Shown one piece after another: positions 43,950 through 58,021 of a stretch of 64,000 bases of DNA. The notes below the pieces were generated by a model. The model was not told where the DNA came from. It did not search any database and saw only the letters and a list, made by a program, of their open reading frames with translations. Within the stretch, counting starts at the first letter, position 1, and every line of letters starts with the position of its first letter. The stretch is from the human T2T-CHM13v2.0 reference genome, Homo sapiens: assembly GCF_009914755.1 (NCBI RefSeq), contig NC_060940.1; one strand, written 5' to 3'. Position numbers and translations under genes: made by a program.

Positions 43950-44860
43950 GCTCATTCATTTATATAATTGTGCATTTTCCCCTTAAAAAAATATTTCTCA
44001 TCAGTGTTATCAGCATGGCCTCAAAATGACTTTCCTACTATTGCTTATAAACAAATCTTTATCACAGATAGCTTGCCTGCTGAATTAAGACACTATGTTA
44101 AGCAGTATATTGCTTCTGTCTGGCAGATCAGCTGTTTGCAGGAAGATAATAATACCAAAAGCAACCACAACAATCAGCTACTGTAAATTAACTTAACTGT
44201 GTGAAATAATGCCTCCCCTATCAGATTAGCTTTCTGAATGACTTTATCCTTAAATTAAAGCTTGCTGGGGCTGAAGCGTAAATCATTTAAATGGTGCCGG
44301 GTTTTTCAGGTAATGTCTTCATATATTACCGTAATTTCAATCCGCCAAGGCATGCAGATGGCTTTGGTCTCTAGCTGCTTGTCTCCAGAAAACCTCTCCT
44401 GCACTGCCATTTTGTAATTACAGTGCGGCAGCCCAGTGCCTGCCGCTACTAGATTTCCCAGGGTGCACCAGCAGCCAAGGCAATGTATCTTAAAATTATT
44501 ATTCTTGTGTGGCCCTCGTAACATAAATGTAAATCTTTTATGCTAACGCTGTCAGAGGGTTAGCTCTGGGGCTCCAAGGTGTGCTGATGTAGAAATCGCC
44601 CACCATCCATCAACCACGGACCATTTGGGATCTGGCAAATAACCCGCTTCTGGGGGAGGGGAAGGGACTGCAAGCTGAATATTACTTCGGAGTCTGGGTG
44701 GTATCAAACCAGTCACTGCTTTTTTGCGGGGAAAGGTGGCAGGGGTCAGCCTACAAAGCCATCTGTAGCAGGGAGTCTTACGGTTGAGCAGTGCACTCCT
44801 GGGAGGGTAGGAAAGTTTGGTGCAAATGTAGGTCACTCTAGTTTTGCAGCGATGTCTGCT
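43950..44860. promoter_or_regulatory. Candidate conserved enhancer
   Basis: Repeat-free; PBX-HOX, MEIS, GATA, FOX and homeodomain motifs; 15 CpGs in 44277-44851. Motif-based only. Confidence 0.45.
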
Positions 44861-45015
44861 GTAGATTACATTGTGGAGGAGAGATGGTAAGTAATATCTT
44901 CAGAAACCTTCCTGGAAAATAACCTCTTTGAGTTTCTGTCTTGGGTAGGCTAGCTTTAAGGAGTACCTCTCTCCTGCAATAAAAGCAAACTTATAGGTAT
45001 CTGAACTTCTAATGT

Positions 45016-45509
<494 letters not shown>

Positions 45510-46489
45510 TAGAGACACAGGTGAGCACTAAATCCAGGGGGTCTTAAGACAGCAATCAGGGCAAGCACCTGGGAGGCAAAATGTTTTTTAAAAAGAAGAG
45601 GAACTAGAGGGAAAATGCACATCGTAAGACCTCGAGAGAAAATATAATAGTAATAATGATGATAGCAATAATAGTAACAATCATAATAGCAATACTTAAA
45701 TAGTAATTATTATGTGCCAGGCACTGTTCTTAGAGATTTACGTACTGTATATTCTATCTTTACCAACTAGCTTTTGGGGCTTTTCTTTGTAAACTCAAGT
45801 GATAATGATAGGTGAGCAACTCACTCTAGTTTAAAGACAGACAAGAGGTGAACGTTTTGGCTTTCCATTTCTTTTAGCATTTAAATTGGACAGTAGAAAC
45901 TGAGCTTCACCCACTATCTGGCACATGGAAAGCAGTAATTAAATAAGCATTGGATTGGGTTTGTAGCTTGCCCAAGACATTTCTAGCAAAAGTGTCCCCG
46001 GTTGGTTTGATGGACATGAAGGCAGTGGCCAAATTTCATCAGTGTGTGAATTCTTTATCCAAGAATTTATTTTTCCTAATTCACAAGTTTATTGATAATA
46101 GTAAAAATCATGGTTCGACAGCAGAGAATTTTATTTCTGCTAGTCACCCACAAAGTCTATTACAGAAATCATCTCATTTATTCCTTCCAACTACCCTATG
46201 GAAGAGAGACTAATTAACATCTTTGCTTTACAAATGAGAAGCTTGTAGCTAAAAGAGGTTAATTTTCTTGACCGGAGAGTAAGGGGTGGAGCCAGAATTT
46301 GAACCCTAGAAATTTGACTCTCAACCCTATTAACTTTAATCTATACAACCTTGGATCTGAAATATACCCAACGTGACACTTGCATAGTGAGGAAGGGGAC
46401 TAACATTGGCAGAGTGCCTTCTACTGCCAAGCCTTATTTTAAATATTCATTATTTTCATTCAACTATATAAAAGCTCTACAAGAAAATG

Positions 46490-46626
46490 GTAGGTATCCG
46501 TATGAGACATGTTTGGGGGGTACCTATCCACACTTGTCCTCCTTCCTCCTTCCTGGGAATCTGACCCCCTCCACAGCCTCTGATATTTATGTAACACCCT
46601 TGTATGTATACAGGGATATATATAGG

Positions 46627-46682
<56 letters not shown>

Positions 46683-46715
46683 GATAGATAGATAGATAGA
46701 TAGATATAGATAGAT

Positions 46716-46764
<49 letters not shown>

Positions 46765-46810
46765 GTAGACTCCCCTATTGGTTCTGTTTCTCTGGAAAAC
46801 CCTAAAACAG
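46490..46810 (+). mobile_element. MLT2-type ERVL LTR 3' part hosting an STR
   Basis: Ends 'cctattggttctgtttctctggaaaaccctaaaaca', the MLT2 3' end that commonly follows a microsatellite. Confidence 0.7.
46627..46762. repeat. Complex STR (AGAT)14 GAT (AGAT)5 AT (AGAT)2 GAT (AGAT)11
   Basis: Direct count, 136 bp. Confidence 0.95.
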
Positions 46811-47369
46811 GCAGTGAGCATCTTACAATAATATCATCTATCCCCGATCCCCAGCCATGAGGGCTGCTATCCCCAGCTGCTTGGACTATGGGTAAGTACT
46901 CAATGCAAAGACAGTTCATCTCAGCTGAGGCCATGGAGATTCATCTCCTGGGAATTCAGAATAAGAATTTTGGAATAAGGAACTTGAAGCAGGAAGGTCA
47001 TGCTGTAGACTGGAGAGGGTATGAACAGCCAAATATACTAGCGGACGAGGAAACAGGGGAAGTTCGTTTGCGGGACAAGGAGAATAAGACAGATACACGC
47101 ACAGAAATAGAATCAGGAGACATCATGAAGCCCTGGAGGAAAGAGAACAGACTTCCTTTCAGGTGGTCTTTCAATTTGATTTTTAAGTTCTTCTAGAGTC
47201 ACTGGAGTTGGTTTGAGTTTCTGCCTCTTACGAACAAAACTACAGCCTCAGAGAAGTTAAGTCACTCGCCTGTACTCAGCTTTTCAGTGGGAGGACCGGA
47301 TTTCAAATCTGCATCTCTGAATAGGCCTTGGTTTTTGTATTTATTATGGAATGTCTTGACCACCAAAAA

Positions 47370-47640
47370 ACATAATAATAGTAAAATAAATATCCATGCA
47401 CCCATGACCCAGCCAAGAAAATAAAATTTTACCAGTGGAGCTGAAGCCTCTGTGTGCTGCGCCTGGACCCTGTTTAGCTTCCCCTCCACTGCCCCTGACC
47501 CAAGAGGTAACTACTCTTCTGCAAGTGGTGTTTATCATTCCCCCACCTTTATTTATACATCTGCAAACAGTGTACATATGTTTGTGTGTTTTAAAGCATT
47601 ATAAAATTGGTATCCTTCTGTATGTTTTCTTCTAAAGGTC
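47370..47640 (-). mobile_element. L1ME-like 3' fragment
   Basis: 'cccagccaagaaaataaaattttacc','ccaagaggtaactactcttctg','ttataaaattggtatc'. Confidence 0.6.
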
Positions 47641-47691
47641 TTTCCAACCCAAATGTGCTCATTTTCTCACACTCACTGGTGCATCAAGGTC

Positions 47692-48120
47692 TGTGTTAGG
47701 ATGGATTCCCCAGGGAAACAGACTGAGATTTTCAGGCAGGAGGTTTGCTGCAGAGCACCTGCAGAATCAACCCTTGCTGCAGAAAGAGAAAACCAAGTTT
47801 GAGGAAGGGGAGGAGAGATGCAGTTGCAACAAAGACCTCAGCCAATCCCTGGGGAGTTCTGAAGAGCGCATGGCTTTTGGAATTGTCTCAGATTGAGGCA
47901 AGAGGGCCAGGCCTTTATTCCCCACCATGTTCACCGAATGCATTCAGGCTGCTCCTGGGAAGAGCACGTGGCCGTGGTCCATGTAGCTTCCTCAGGCCAA
48001 AAGCATGTCTGGGAGAGCATACTGGCTGAACTGTGTCAACCAACAGTCCCAGCAGCAGGAGGAACAAATTCCTCAATCCTGGAAGGGCACCTGGACAGTG
48101 CCACTCACTGTCCATCACAG
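47692..48120 (-). mobile_element. ERVL LTR (LTR16-related)
   Basis: 'tgtgttaggatggattccccagggaaacagactgag..cctcagccaatccctggggagttctgaag'. Confidence 0.55.
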
Positions 48121-49260
48121 GTCCATGGACTGCGCAGCTCGTCTTTTGAGAGAAGTTGCTACATGTTCATTTTAAATGTAACTGGAAACTACCAGTTATT
48201 AATCCTCCCATCTCAATTGTAATGTGACAAAGGGAATGCCTTGCTTAAGATTTTTAGAGTAATAGGCCATTATTTCTAAGGAGAAAAAAATCATCCCTGA
48301 GGGCCACTGACCTGCAGAGCTTTTCCATTTTTCTCCTTTTTAAAGCTTTTGCGACCTGAAGTATCAGAGCTGCAGTATTATGTAAGAAGCTCCAAGCAAA
48401 GAGATTTGAACTTGACTTGAAGTCTTTCTTTACTATTCAATAAAAAGTTGGAGATTTATTGGCCTATGGCAGAGACCAATTTCCTGTTACATGGACCAGA
48501 GAGGAGATTAAAAAAAGATTTTTAGAGCAGCGCCCATATTTCTTAAGACAGGCAAAGAACGGAGCTCACCTAATTTTGCAGATCAGGCTGCTAGCATGGT
48601 TCTTTTCTCTAGACCGATCTGAAATTAGAAGGCTGGAACTAAAATCCTGCAGTCTCCCCACAGGGATCATTTCAATTTTCCTCTGAGTAACAGCCCCGTA
48701 AGGATCGTCTTCACAACTCTAAGGTCAAGGTTGCAAGAGGCTGAGTGTGGAAAGATTGAAGACCATGCCACAGGCTTTCAGTGATGTACATTGGCATGCT
48801 CTGTGCAGTCAGAGGAAGAAGGAGTGATTCTAGCAGTTTTCTGAATTTAAAAGCTCTGCTGCAAAGATCTGGGACAGGGTCATGGGAAATACGCCAGAAA
48901 GGCCTAACAACAGGTTGGTAGGAGCTATCAATTCCCAAAGTGCACCCAGCACAGGGTCAGACTCTGAGTTGGAATCCTGGTTCTGTCCCTTATTGGCTCT
49001 GTGAACTTGGGCAAGTTAATTAACATTTCTGTGCCTCATTTGTAAAATGTAGACACCTCTATCTTACAGAGTTGAAGTGATACTGACACATAATAAGTGC
49101 TCAAAATGTCAGGTTATGACTATTATTATATTTGCCCATTGGAAAGCCCACTAAATATGCATTGAGGATGAACTATCCAGTGGTGGGCTCTGAATGGATA
49201 TATCAGAGGAAGTCTCAGTGGACTTAGGAAGCAAGAGATTTAGTTCAGCCAGGCAAGTCT

Positions 49261-49261
<1 letters not shown>

Positions 49262-49299
<38 letters not shown>

Positions 49300-49633
49300 T
49301 TTTGAGACAGAGTCTTACTCTGTTGCCCAGTTTGAAGTGCAGTGGCCAGATCTTGGCTACCTGCAACCTCCATCCACCCCCCAGATTCAAGTGATTCTTG
49401 TGCCTCAGCCTCCCAAGTAGCTGGGGTTACAGGTGTGCACCACCACACCTGGTTTCCCAAGTAACTGGGATTACAGGTGTGCACCACCACGCCTGGCTAC
49501 TTTTTGTATTTTTAGTAGAGAAAGGATTTCAACTTGTTGGCCAGGCTGGTCTCAAACACCTGGTCTCAAGTGATATGCCTGCCTCAGCCCCCAAAAGTGC
49601 TGGAATTACAGGTAAAAACCACCGTGCCCAGCC
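49262..49633 (-). mobile_element. AluS/J with (TTTA)n tail and 44-bp internal tandem duplication
   Basis: Units 49411-49454 and 49455-49498; TSD cagccaggcaa(g/a)tctt. Confidence 0.9.
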
Positions 49634-49679
49634 CAGCCAGGCAAATCTTAGTGAGCCCATGATATGCTGTACTCTGAGC

Positions 49680-50010
49680 TAGGCAATGGAGATACACATA
49701 TACAGAAAACATGATCTCTGCATTCCAGGAATCTACAGTCCTGGATAGGAGGTAGATGCATGAAGAGCAACACACAGACACAGCTGCCACCCTATAAATT
49801 GTGTTCAAAGGACAGAGGAAGTGCAGAACATGGAGTCATTAAGCCTGTTCAAGAGTGGCCTGCAAAGGCATCCTAGAAGGGTGATATTGGAATAGAGTGT
49901 TGAATGATGAGTAGGAGTTTAACAAAGTTAACAAAATGGGAAGAAATGCCAGGCAAAATGATAGAGAGTGAAAATACACAGCAGCCTGAAAGAATATAAC
50001 ATATGTGGAT
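49680..50010 (-). mobile_element. L2 fragment
   Basis: 'gatctctgcattccaggaatctacagtc','aaggcatcctagaagggtgatattggaatagagtgttgaatgatgagtaggagtt'. Confidence 0.6.
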
Positions 50011-50027
50011 TTAAAACTTGAAGTTTC

Positions 50028-50595
50028 ACCATTAGACCCAGCAATCTCATTGCTGGGTATATACCCAAATTATAATAAATTGTTCTACCAAAAAAGATAA
50101 AGGGACTTACTTGTATGTTCATCACAGTACAATTCACAATAGCAAAGGCATGGAATTAACCTAGATGCCCATCAATGGTGGACTGGATAAAGAAGATGTG
50201 ATACATACACAACATGGAATACTATGCAGCTATAAAAAAAGTATGGAATCATGTTCTTTGCAGCAACATGGATGTGCTGGATCTTAAGCAAATTAACTCA
50301 AGAATGAAAAACAAAATATTGAGTGTTCTCACTTATAAGTGAGAGCTAGAAATTGGGTACACATGGATATAAAGATGGAAACAATAGACACTGGGGTCAC
50401 TGTGTGGGGCAAAGTCTGAAAAACTACCTACTGGGGGCTACACTCACTACTTGGGTGGGATCATTCGTACCCTAAGTCTCAGTGTCATGCAATAGTCCCA
50501 TGTAACAAACATGCACATTTACAGCCTTGAATCTAAAATAAAATTTGAAATTATGCAAACCAAATAAGTAAAAAAAAAAGCAAAACAAACAAAAA
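50028..50595 (+). mobile_element. L1PA16/L1PB-like 3' end
   Basis: L1 3'UTR; TSD aaaacttgaag(t/c)ttc at 50013-50027 and 50596-50610. Confidence 0.9.
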
Positions 50596-52629
50596 AAAAC
50601 TTGAAGCTTCCAGTAGTGTGAGTTTGTGGTAAGAAACTTTAGGTAGAGAGGTTATCAGGGACAAGAGCAGGCAGGACCCAGTGAGGACTGTGAATATCCT
50701 GCAAATATCAGGAAAGTAGGGTTGTGTGTCTCCCTTGATTTCCCCTATGTGGCTCTGTTGCTCGTCTTGTCATTATCACCTATCTTTTCTTGTTGCACTC
50801 AATAGCACTTTTCATTCATTTTAATTGAAACTTTTCTTCAAGTCAGGTAGAGTGCCATCCACTGGGATGGTTTCAAAAATAAACAAGCCAGCATCTCTGT
50901 CCTGGGCAAGCTTAAAGTTGAGAAAGAAAGACACACACTCACCGTGCAACCTGATTGATCCCATGATACAGGTGTGGGATACTGCAGGAGCACAGAGGAG
51001 AAAGCCTGGAGATTTAAAAAAAAAAAAAAAGTGCCGGAGAGAGCTACAGAGAAGAAGTGGCATTTGCATGGGATCTTGAAGCATGAGTCAAAGTTCCATC
51101 AGCTAGAGAACACGGGAAACAACATTCAAGGCCTAAGGAAGAATTTATTCAACTGTTCAGGAGCGTGTAAATATTCAAGGTGGCTGAAATTGTTAAGTGT
51201 GCGTGAAATTTCTCCCAGAATCCCAGCTTCCTTTAAGATCCCATTGGTCAGAACTGCATCACATGTTCACCCCTAAACCAATCATGAGCAAAGGGTCATT
51301 AGGTCCCTCATGATTGGCTTAGATCCCGTAATGGATCATCCACTAGGGATGGAGGAGTCATCCACTTTTCCTGAAGACATGCCCTGTCCCAACTTAAACC
51401 AAATGAAAATCTATTAACAGAGAAGGGAGGATAACTAACAAGTAGGAAGCCAATGGTCTCCACCACAGGGAATGGATGAGATCTCATCTAGGGAAAGTCC
51501 AGATAGAGTAGAAAACAGGACCCATGAGTGATGCCTGAGGAATGTCAGTATTTTGAAATTGGTAGGTGATGGGGAAGGAGATATCAGCAAAGAATCCTTA
51601 GAGGAAACAGCCAATGAGATGGGAAGAAAGCAAGCAGGTTGTCGTGTCATGTGGACACAAAGAGGAGGAGGTTTGAAGATGAGGGTATATGAGAATGTCA
51701 ATCACAAGAAGGCATAAGTAACTTGAAATGACAAAGAGTTTAGGATATTTCTATGTTCCAAAAGGAGAAGCCAGGGGGAACAATGACAGCTGAAGACCTG
51801 CTGAATAACTTTTGACTGTTAGGATTTTGAGTACAGAGGCACCTAGCTGAAAATCCTTCCAATCTCAACACAGAAGCAGTGGCCTCCCTGTAAGTCAGCT
51901 CCAGCTGAAGCCAAGTCCAGGAGATTTCTGACCCAGAAGGGCCGGCAGTGAGTGGCTTCAGGGAAAATGCTTCTCTGGGAGGCAGGAAGTCTTTTATGTT
52001 TCCTGAGCAGAAAGAAGGCAATCTCTTCTGGCAGTGAGGTGACAAGGGTTCCGATGGATTCCCCTCTCCCAGATCAGAATTAAACTAGAGCCTGTCAGCC
52101 AACTCGCTGAACACTCAATCTTCCATCTTTATGGGTTTAGCTGTGATGTTATTGCAGGAGTCTTTCAGCATGTGAAAGGGAGGTCATCCTGGAAGAATAT
52201 ATGCACAGAGCCTTCTGTGTTCTCTTTCTATGGGCTCCGGACATTTACCTTGACTTGAAAGGTAACATCTTGGAAGGACAGATGAACAGACAGACAGATG
52301 GACAGTACTCGCCATGAATCCCAGCCACAGCCAAAGCCAACTCCATCCTTAGATACCCCATTCTCAAAAGCCAATACATTTTCTTTTGTGCCTCTGCTAG
52401 GTGGAGTTGGTTTCTGTCTTGTGTTTCAAAATAGTCCCATCTATTATGCTATCTCTGGCTTACTCTTTCTGAGCCTTGGTTATTTTCACTCACAAAATGG
52501 AAACAAATAGCATCAGTCCCGCCTTGCTCATATGGCTGGCATGAAATTGTTCTTGCAAAATGTCAAGTGTTATAAGGATATAAATTATTCCTGGATACAT
52601 GGCCCTGGCTATGTAGAGGGCTAAAGAAC

Positions 52630-53550
52630 TCTTGACCCAGCAAAACCTGCTCTTCTCTCTTTGTTCCTCATTTCAATGAATGACAGCACCCAGTTGCTCG
52701 ATGTAAAATACATGGGGTCATTTTTGTGCCTCTTATTTTCCCAAACTCCACTTTCAATCTCTTAGCAAATTCTATTTACTCCGACTTCAAACTATGTACC
52801 CGAATAATATGTTTCTCACCTCCACAATGACCCTCGTCGTTGGGCACCCACAGTCGCTTCATCACTGGCCTCCTTGTTTCCACCTTTGCCATCCTACAAT
52901 CTCCTCTCCATCAAGCAGTCAAGGCAGGAGGTCCTTATGAAATGAGAATCAGATCATGCTGCTGCCTTGCCTTGCCCTCAGTGCTCCAGTTGCTCCCCAT
53001 CGGCTTCATAAATTCCAGGCTGCTTCCCTTGAATGGCTCCCTGGGATCCTGCATGAACACAACTCCCCGCCCTCTCCCTCAGCTCAGTCTAACCTCTTCA
53101 CCTGGGATTCTCTGCTACTCTTTGAACACACCAAGTACCTCCCTATCCCAAGACCTTTGCATGTTGTCTTTCTTCTGATTAGAGCTATTCTATCGAAACA
53201 TCACCATGGTTCTATCTTTCTCCATCAAACTCTGCCTAGGCAGTACCCCCTTATAAGAGCTTTCCTGAAAGTCCTGTTTAATGTAACACAGGGACACCTG
53301 GACACCATACACAGAAACATACTGTTTTCCATGTCATATGAACCCTCTACCCTCCTCTGCTTTTTCCCCTCATTGAAGTTATCATAACCTAACATTATAT
53401 TACCTATGTATTTGTTTATCTGTTGATGTCTATCCCCCTCCAGAAAGTAAGAGCATGGAATTTGTCTGTCTTATTTATCACCCTTTCCCCCAAATTCTAC
53501 ATCAGTGGCCTGGGATATAGAGAACTCAAATATTTGTTGAATAAATGGAT
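52630..53550 (+). mobile_element. L2 3' region
   Basis: 'ttgaacacaccaagtac..gacctttgcatgttg', ends 'tcaaatatttgttgaataaatggatg'. Confidence 0.8.
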
Positions 53551-54604
53551 GGAGTTACTCCCCAAAATTGACTGGCTTTGGAAGACAAAAACCAATACTG
53601 ATATGTGATTGTGTCTACCTGTAAATCTCTAATTTTAACTTTGCTTAGTTTAACTTAGATTCTACTAAGCCCACTATTTCTATCAGAGGTAAAAACCCTG
53701 TCCTTCCCAGGGTAAACAAACAGTGTTACAGGCTGGGCTGCTGTGTATTTCTCTTCTTAACCTGTTGGGAAATACAAAGTATAGACAGTCCCTGAAACCT
53801 CGTCCTGAGTTTTGACATGTGCCCTGAACTCTGGAATTCTCACACACAGTAATAATGGCTGACTCATTGTTTACTTTACTGGAAAGATATGAATCCTTAC
53901 AGAATTTCAATTATTCGGAAATCTGCTCAGGTTAATAGCATTGTGATCCCATCCAAACGCAGGAGTGACTGTGGGTTATGTAAGGATATGTAAGTTAGTA
54001 AGCTATGTGCTTAATAACACTAGCTCCAGGTCAGGAGGAATTTATTTTTTAAATGGTGTATCATCAAGCAGTTTTATTGGAATGACCATGTGGCTGAATT
54101 AGGCAAGGTAGATCATTAATCGGCTTTTGAATTATTTCCATGGTTCCACTTGATTCATAAGAAAAATAAGAATTGCTAAAATCTTTAATGGTATCTTATT
54201 CTGTGCCAGGCAGTATGCTAAGCACTTTACTTACCTTGTCATCTCACTTAGGAAGACAATCACTTTTTACAACCACAAGGGAAATAAAATTGATGGCAAT
54301 TTCTGTTTCTTACACCTGTCTTGAGGTTCAAATCTACTTTTCCAGATGCTTAACTAGACACCCCCATCTCAATTCCTACAGGCACCCCTAATTCACCTGG
54401 CCCCGAATGAATTCATCATCTTATTTCCCAGTCTCTCCTTGGACCACCCATCTCAGTGAATGCCATCACCATGCACCAAAGCATCAGAGGCAGAAAACAA
54501 GGTACACCCCTAATATCTGCCCTCTCCTTCCTTCTTCCCACCCATTGTCTCTGTCTAATGTCAAGAGGCTCTGTCTCCTCATCTCTATTAATTTTGCTTC
54601 TGCC

Positions 54605-54959
54605 TGTGGTGCCCATCCCTATGGGAAGATTTTACAGTCCTGCCTCATTGAGCCCAGGAGTAACCATGGCACCTGCTTTGTCTAATGGAATATGAGTAGA
54701 AGCATTGTGTGTCTCTATCGGGCATAACCTATAAGAGCCAGCTTGTGACTTGCTATGTCTATTTTGCCCTCTCCCACAAAAGCTAAAATAGTTTAGATAA
54801 AGCCTTCTCTGTCAGTCTGGATTCTGAATGAGGATGGAAAGGAGCAGAACCCCAGTTAGCCTACAACAGACATGAATTGCCAGTGAGAAACCAGACTTGA
54901 AATCCAGTGAAATCTGTACTTGTTACTGCAGCACAATCTAGCATATCCTGACTGATACA
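54605..54959 (+). mobile_element. MLT1I/J-like LTR inside an L2
   Basis: Ends 'ttgttactgcagcacaatctagcatatcctgactgataca'. Confidence 0.8.
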
Positions 54960-55091
54960 TTATCTTAATAAATATCTGGCTTGGACTAATAACAGTTTTC
55001 CACCTGTTATTTCTCAGCTTCCGGGTCATCTTCCAAACTGCTGCCATAGTGATTTTTGTAGTGTGATCACATTATTCTCAATTCTCTAACT

Positions 55092-55429
55092 CAGGCGTCA
55101 GCAAACTTTTTCTGTAAAGGGACAGATAGTAAATATTTTAGGCTTTGCAAGCCATGTGGTCTCTTGCCACAACCACTCAACTCCGCTGTTGGAGTGTGAA
55201 GGCAGCCACAGGCAAAAAATAAACAAATGAGTGTGGCTGTGTTCCAGTAAACTTTATTTACGGAAGCTGAAATTTGGATTACATATCATTTTCACATGTC
55301 ACAAAATATTCTTCTTTCAATTTTTGTTTTCAACCTTTTAAAATCGGACAACCATTCTTAGCTAACGGGCCATCCAAAACCAAGCAATGGACCCGATTTG
55401 GTCCTTGGGCCGTAGTTTGCTGACCCCTG
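55092..55429. mobile_element. MER58B (hAT-Charlie MITE), full length
   Basis: TIRs caggcgtcagcaaact / agtttgctgacccctg, 338 bp, MER58 internal phrases. Confidence 0.9.
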
Positions 55430-55807
55430 ATCCTACTGAAGGTTCCTGAGTTCTGTACGGCATTGAAAGAGCTTTGCAATATCATCTCAGTGGACTTGTC
55501 TTGCTGTACCCCTGCCCCTCTTCTGCTCCACAGATGCTAAGCCTCAGCCTTATTGAAGCTATTATCATTCCCTAAATCCACCTTGCTCCTATATGCTGCT
55601 AGACCTTTGCACATGCTGGTCCCCATGCTATAAATGCCCTTCCCCTTCCTCCATAGCAAATAAGCTTTTATTAATCCATGAAGGCTGAGCTCAGATGTCA
55701 CATTCTTCATAAAAACCTTTCCAATGCATGAGGCTGATTTAGTTGCTCTCTTTCTGGGCTTCCATAGAACCTTTTTGTGCCCTTATTATAGAACTCACTT
55801 AACCTAA

Positions 55808-56375
<568 letters not shown>

Positions 56376-57000
56376 TCCCTAAATATCTACTTAGGCATTT
56401 AAACATGGAGCTCCTTGAAGACAATGGCTAGATATTCTGCTTTATGATCATAAACACTGAGCATGTGGTCTGGTATAGAGCAGACCTTCAGCAAATATTT
56501 GTCGAATGAAGAAAATGAATGAGACATTGAAAGTCACTGGCCTCAGCATCAATCTAAATAATTTTTAGAAAGATCTCATTCTAGTAATTGTGCTGTGATT
56601 TTTTTCTTTACCTTTGCAGAGAAACCAGTTTTGTAAAATCTGAGCATCATAAAAGATTTTCTAGCACATCTATTGTTTTATTTACGCTACTCTCACAAGT
56701 GCAATTAACACTGCATCTGTTTTACTAACAACCCCCTTTGTTTTATATAGTGCTTTATATTTCTCTGAATGTGTGCAGGCCTGGGCTTTCCACAATCTGC
56801 AACTGGATAAATCGCTGCATATGGATGGGGAAAAAAGACAACAAAAAAATCTTCTAGAGTCATTTTTCCATTCTCTGGCCTATCTCAGGTTACATACGCT
56901 ATTTAGTTTACAAAGCCCATCCTACTTCAAGTAGAACACAGAAGAAGAGATAATGCTTTCCAGAAAGACCATGGTATCTGGGGTCCTGTTGAATCCTTCC

Positions 57001-57327
<327 letters not shown>

Positions 57328-57659
57328 TGATGTTTTGGTAAGTGCCACTAGAGAATCTTTCCTTTTAACCGTCAGAGATGCTTAAGTAACAGCCACATGG
57401 AAAAGCAGTCAAAAAGCAGTCATAAGGAGATACCCAGTGTTCAAGGAATCTGAGGCCCATTTGATCAAAGGCGATCCAACTTTAGTTTGTAAACATGTTT
57501 CGGTCCAATATCCCAGACTGGCCAAGTTGATGCCAGAACAGATTTCCTCCTTGGTTTAGATATCAAAGAAGATCCAAGAGTGCTTGAACTAATATTAATG
57601 AGCATTTCGCCTTTAGGATAATTAGGATAAAAAAAGTTTTAGAGGCACAGAGAAAAGTG

Positions 57660-57890
57660 AAATGGTGAGGAGCTTGGACTATAGCGCCTGGGCTTCAAAC
57701 CTGGATCTGCCATTACTTGTGGGAACTTGGGGCATGTTCCCAACCTCTCTGTGCCATGATTTCCTCTTTGGTAAAACAAGGATCATCAGAGTACCTACAT
57801 TCTACGATTGTTATGAAGATTTAAAGAATACATAAAAAGAGCTTAGCAAAGTGTTTGACACATAGTAAGCACCCAAAAAATGCCATCTAT
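57660..57890 (+). mobile_element. MIR
   Basis: 'gggcttcaaacctggatctgccattacttgtgggaacttggggc..acatagtaagcac'. Confidence 0.75.
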
Positions 57891-58021
57891 TATGAATACA
57901 ATTCCCTGGTGCTTGGCACAATGAAAACCCTCGATTAATGGTAGCAATTATTATACCGAGTGTTTAAATTGTACTTTGGTGATCATTTGGTTCATATCTT
58001 TTCTTTAAGAGATATGCACCC

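Noticed and set aside
44425-44446. GC hairpin gcggcag/ctgccgc as a possible structured RNA
   Set aside because: Only a 7-bp stem; too short to support an ncRNA call.
46477-46934. 114-115 aa ORFs with YLSI repeats
   Set aside because: Translation of the (AGAT)n microsatellite.
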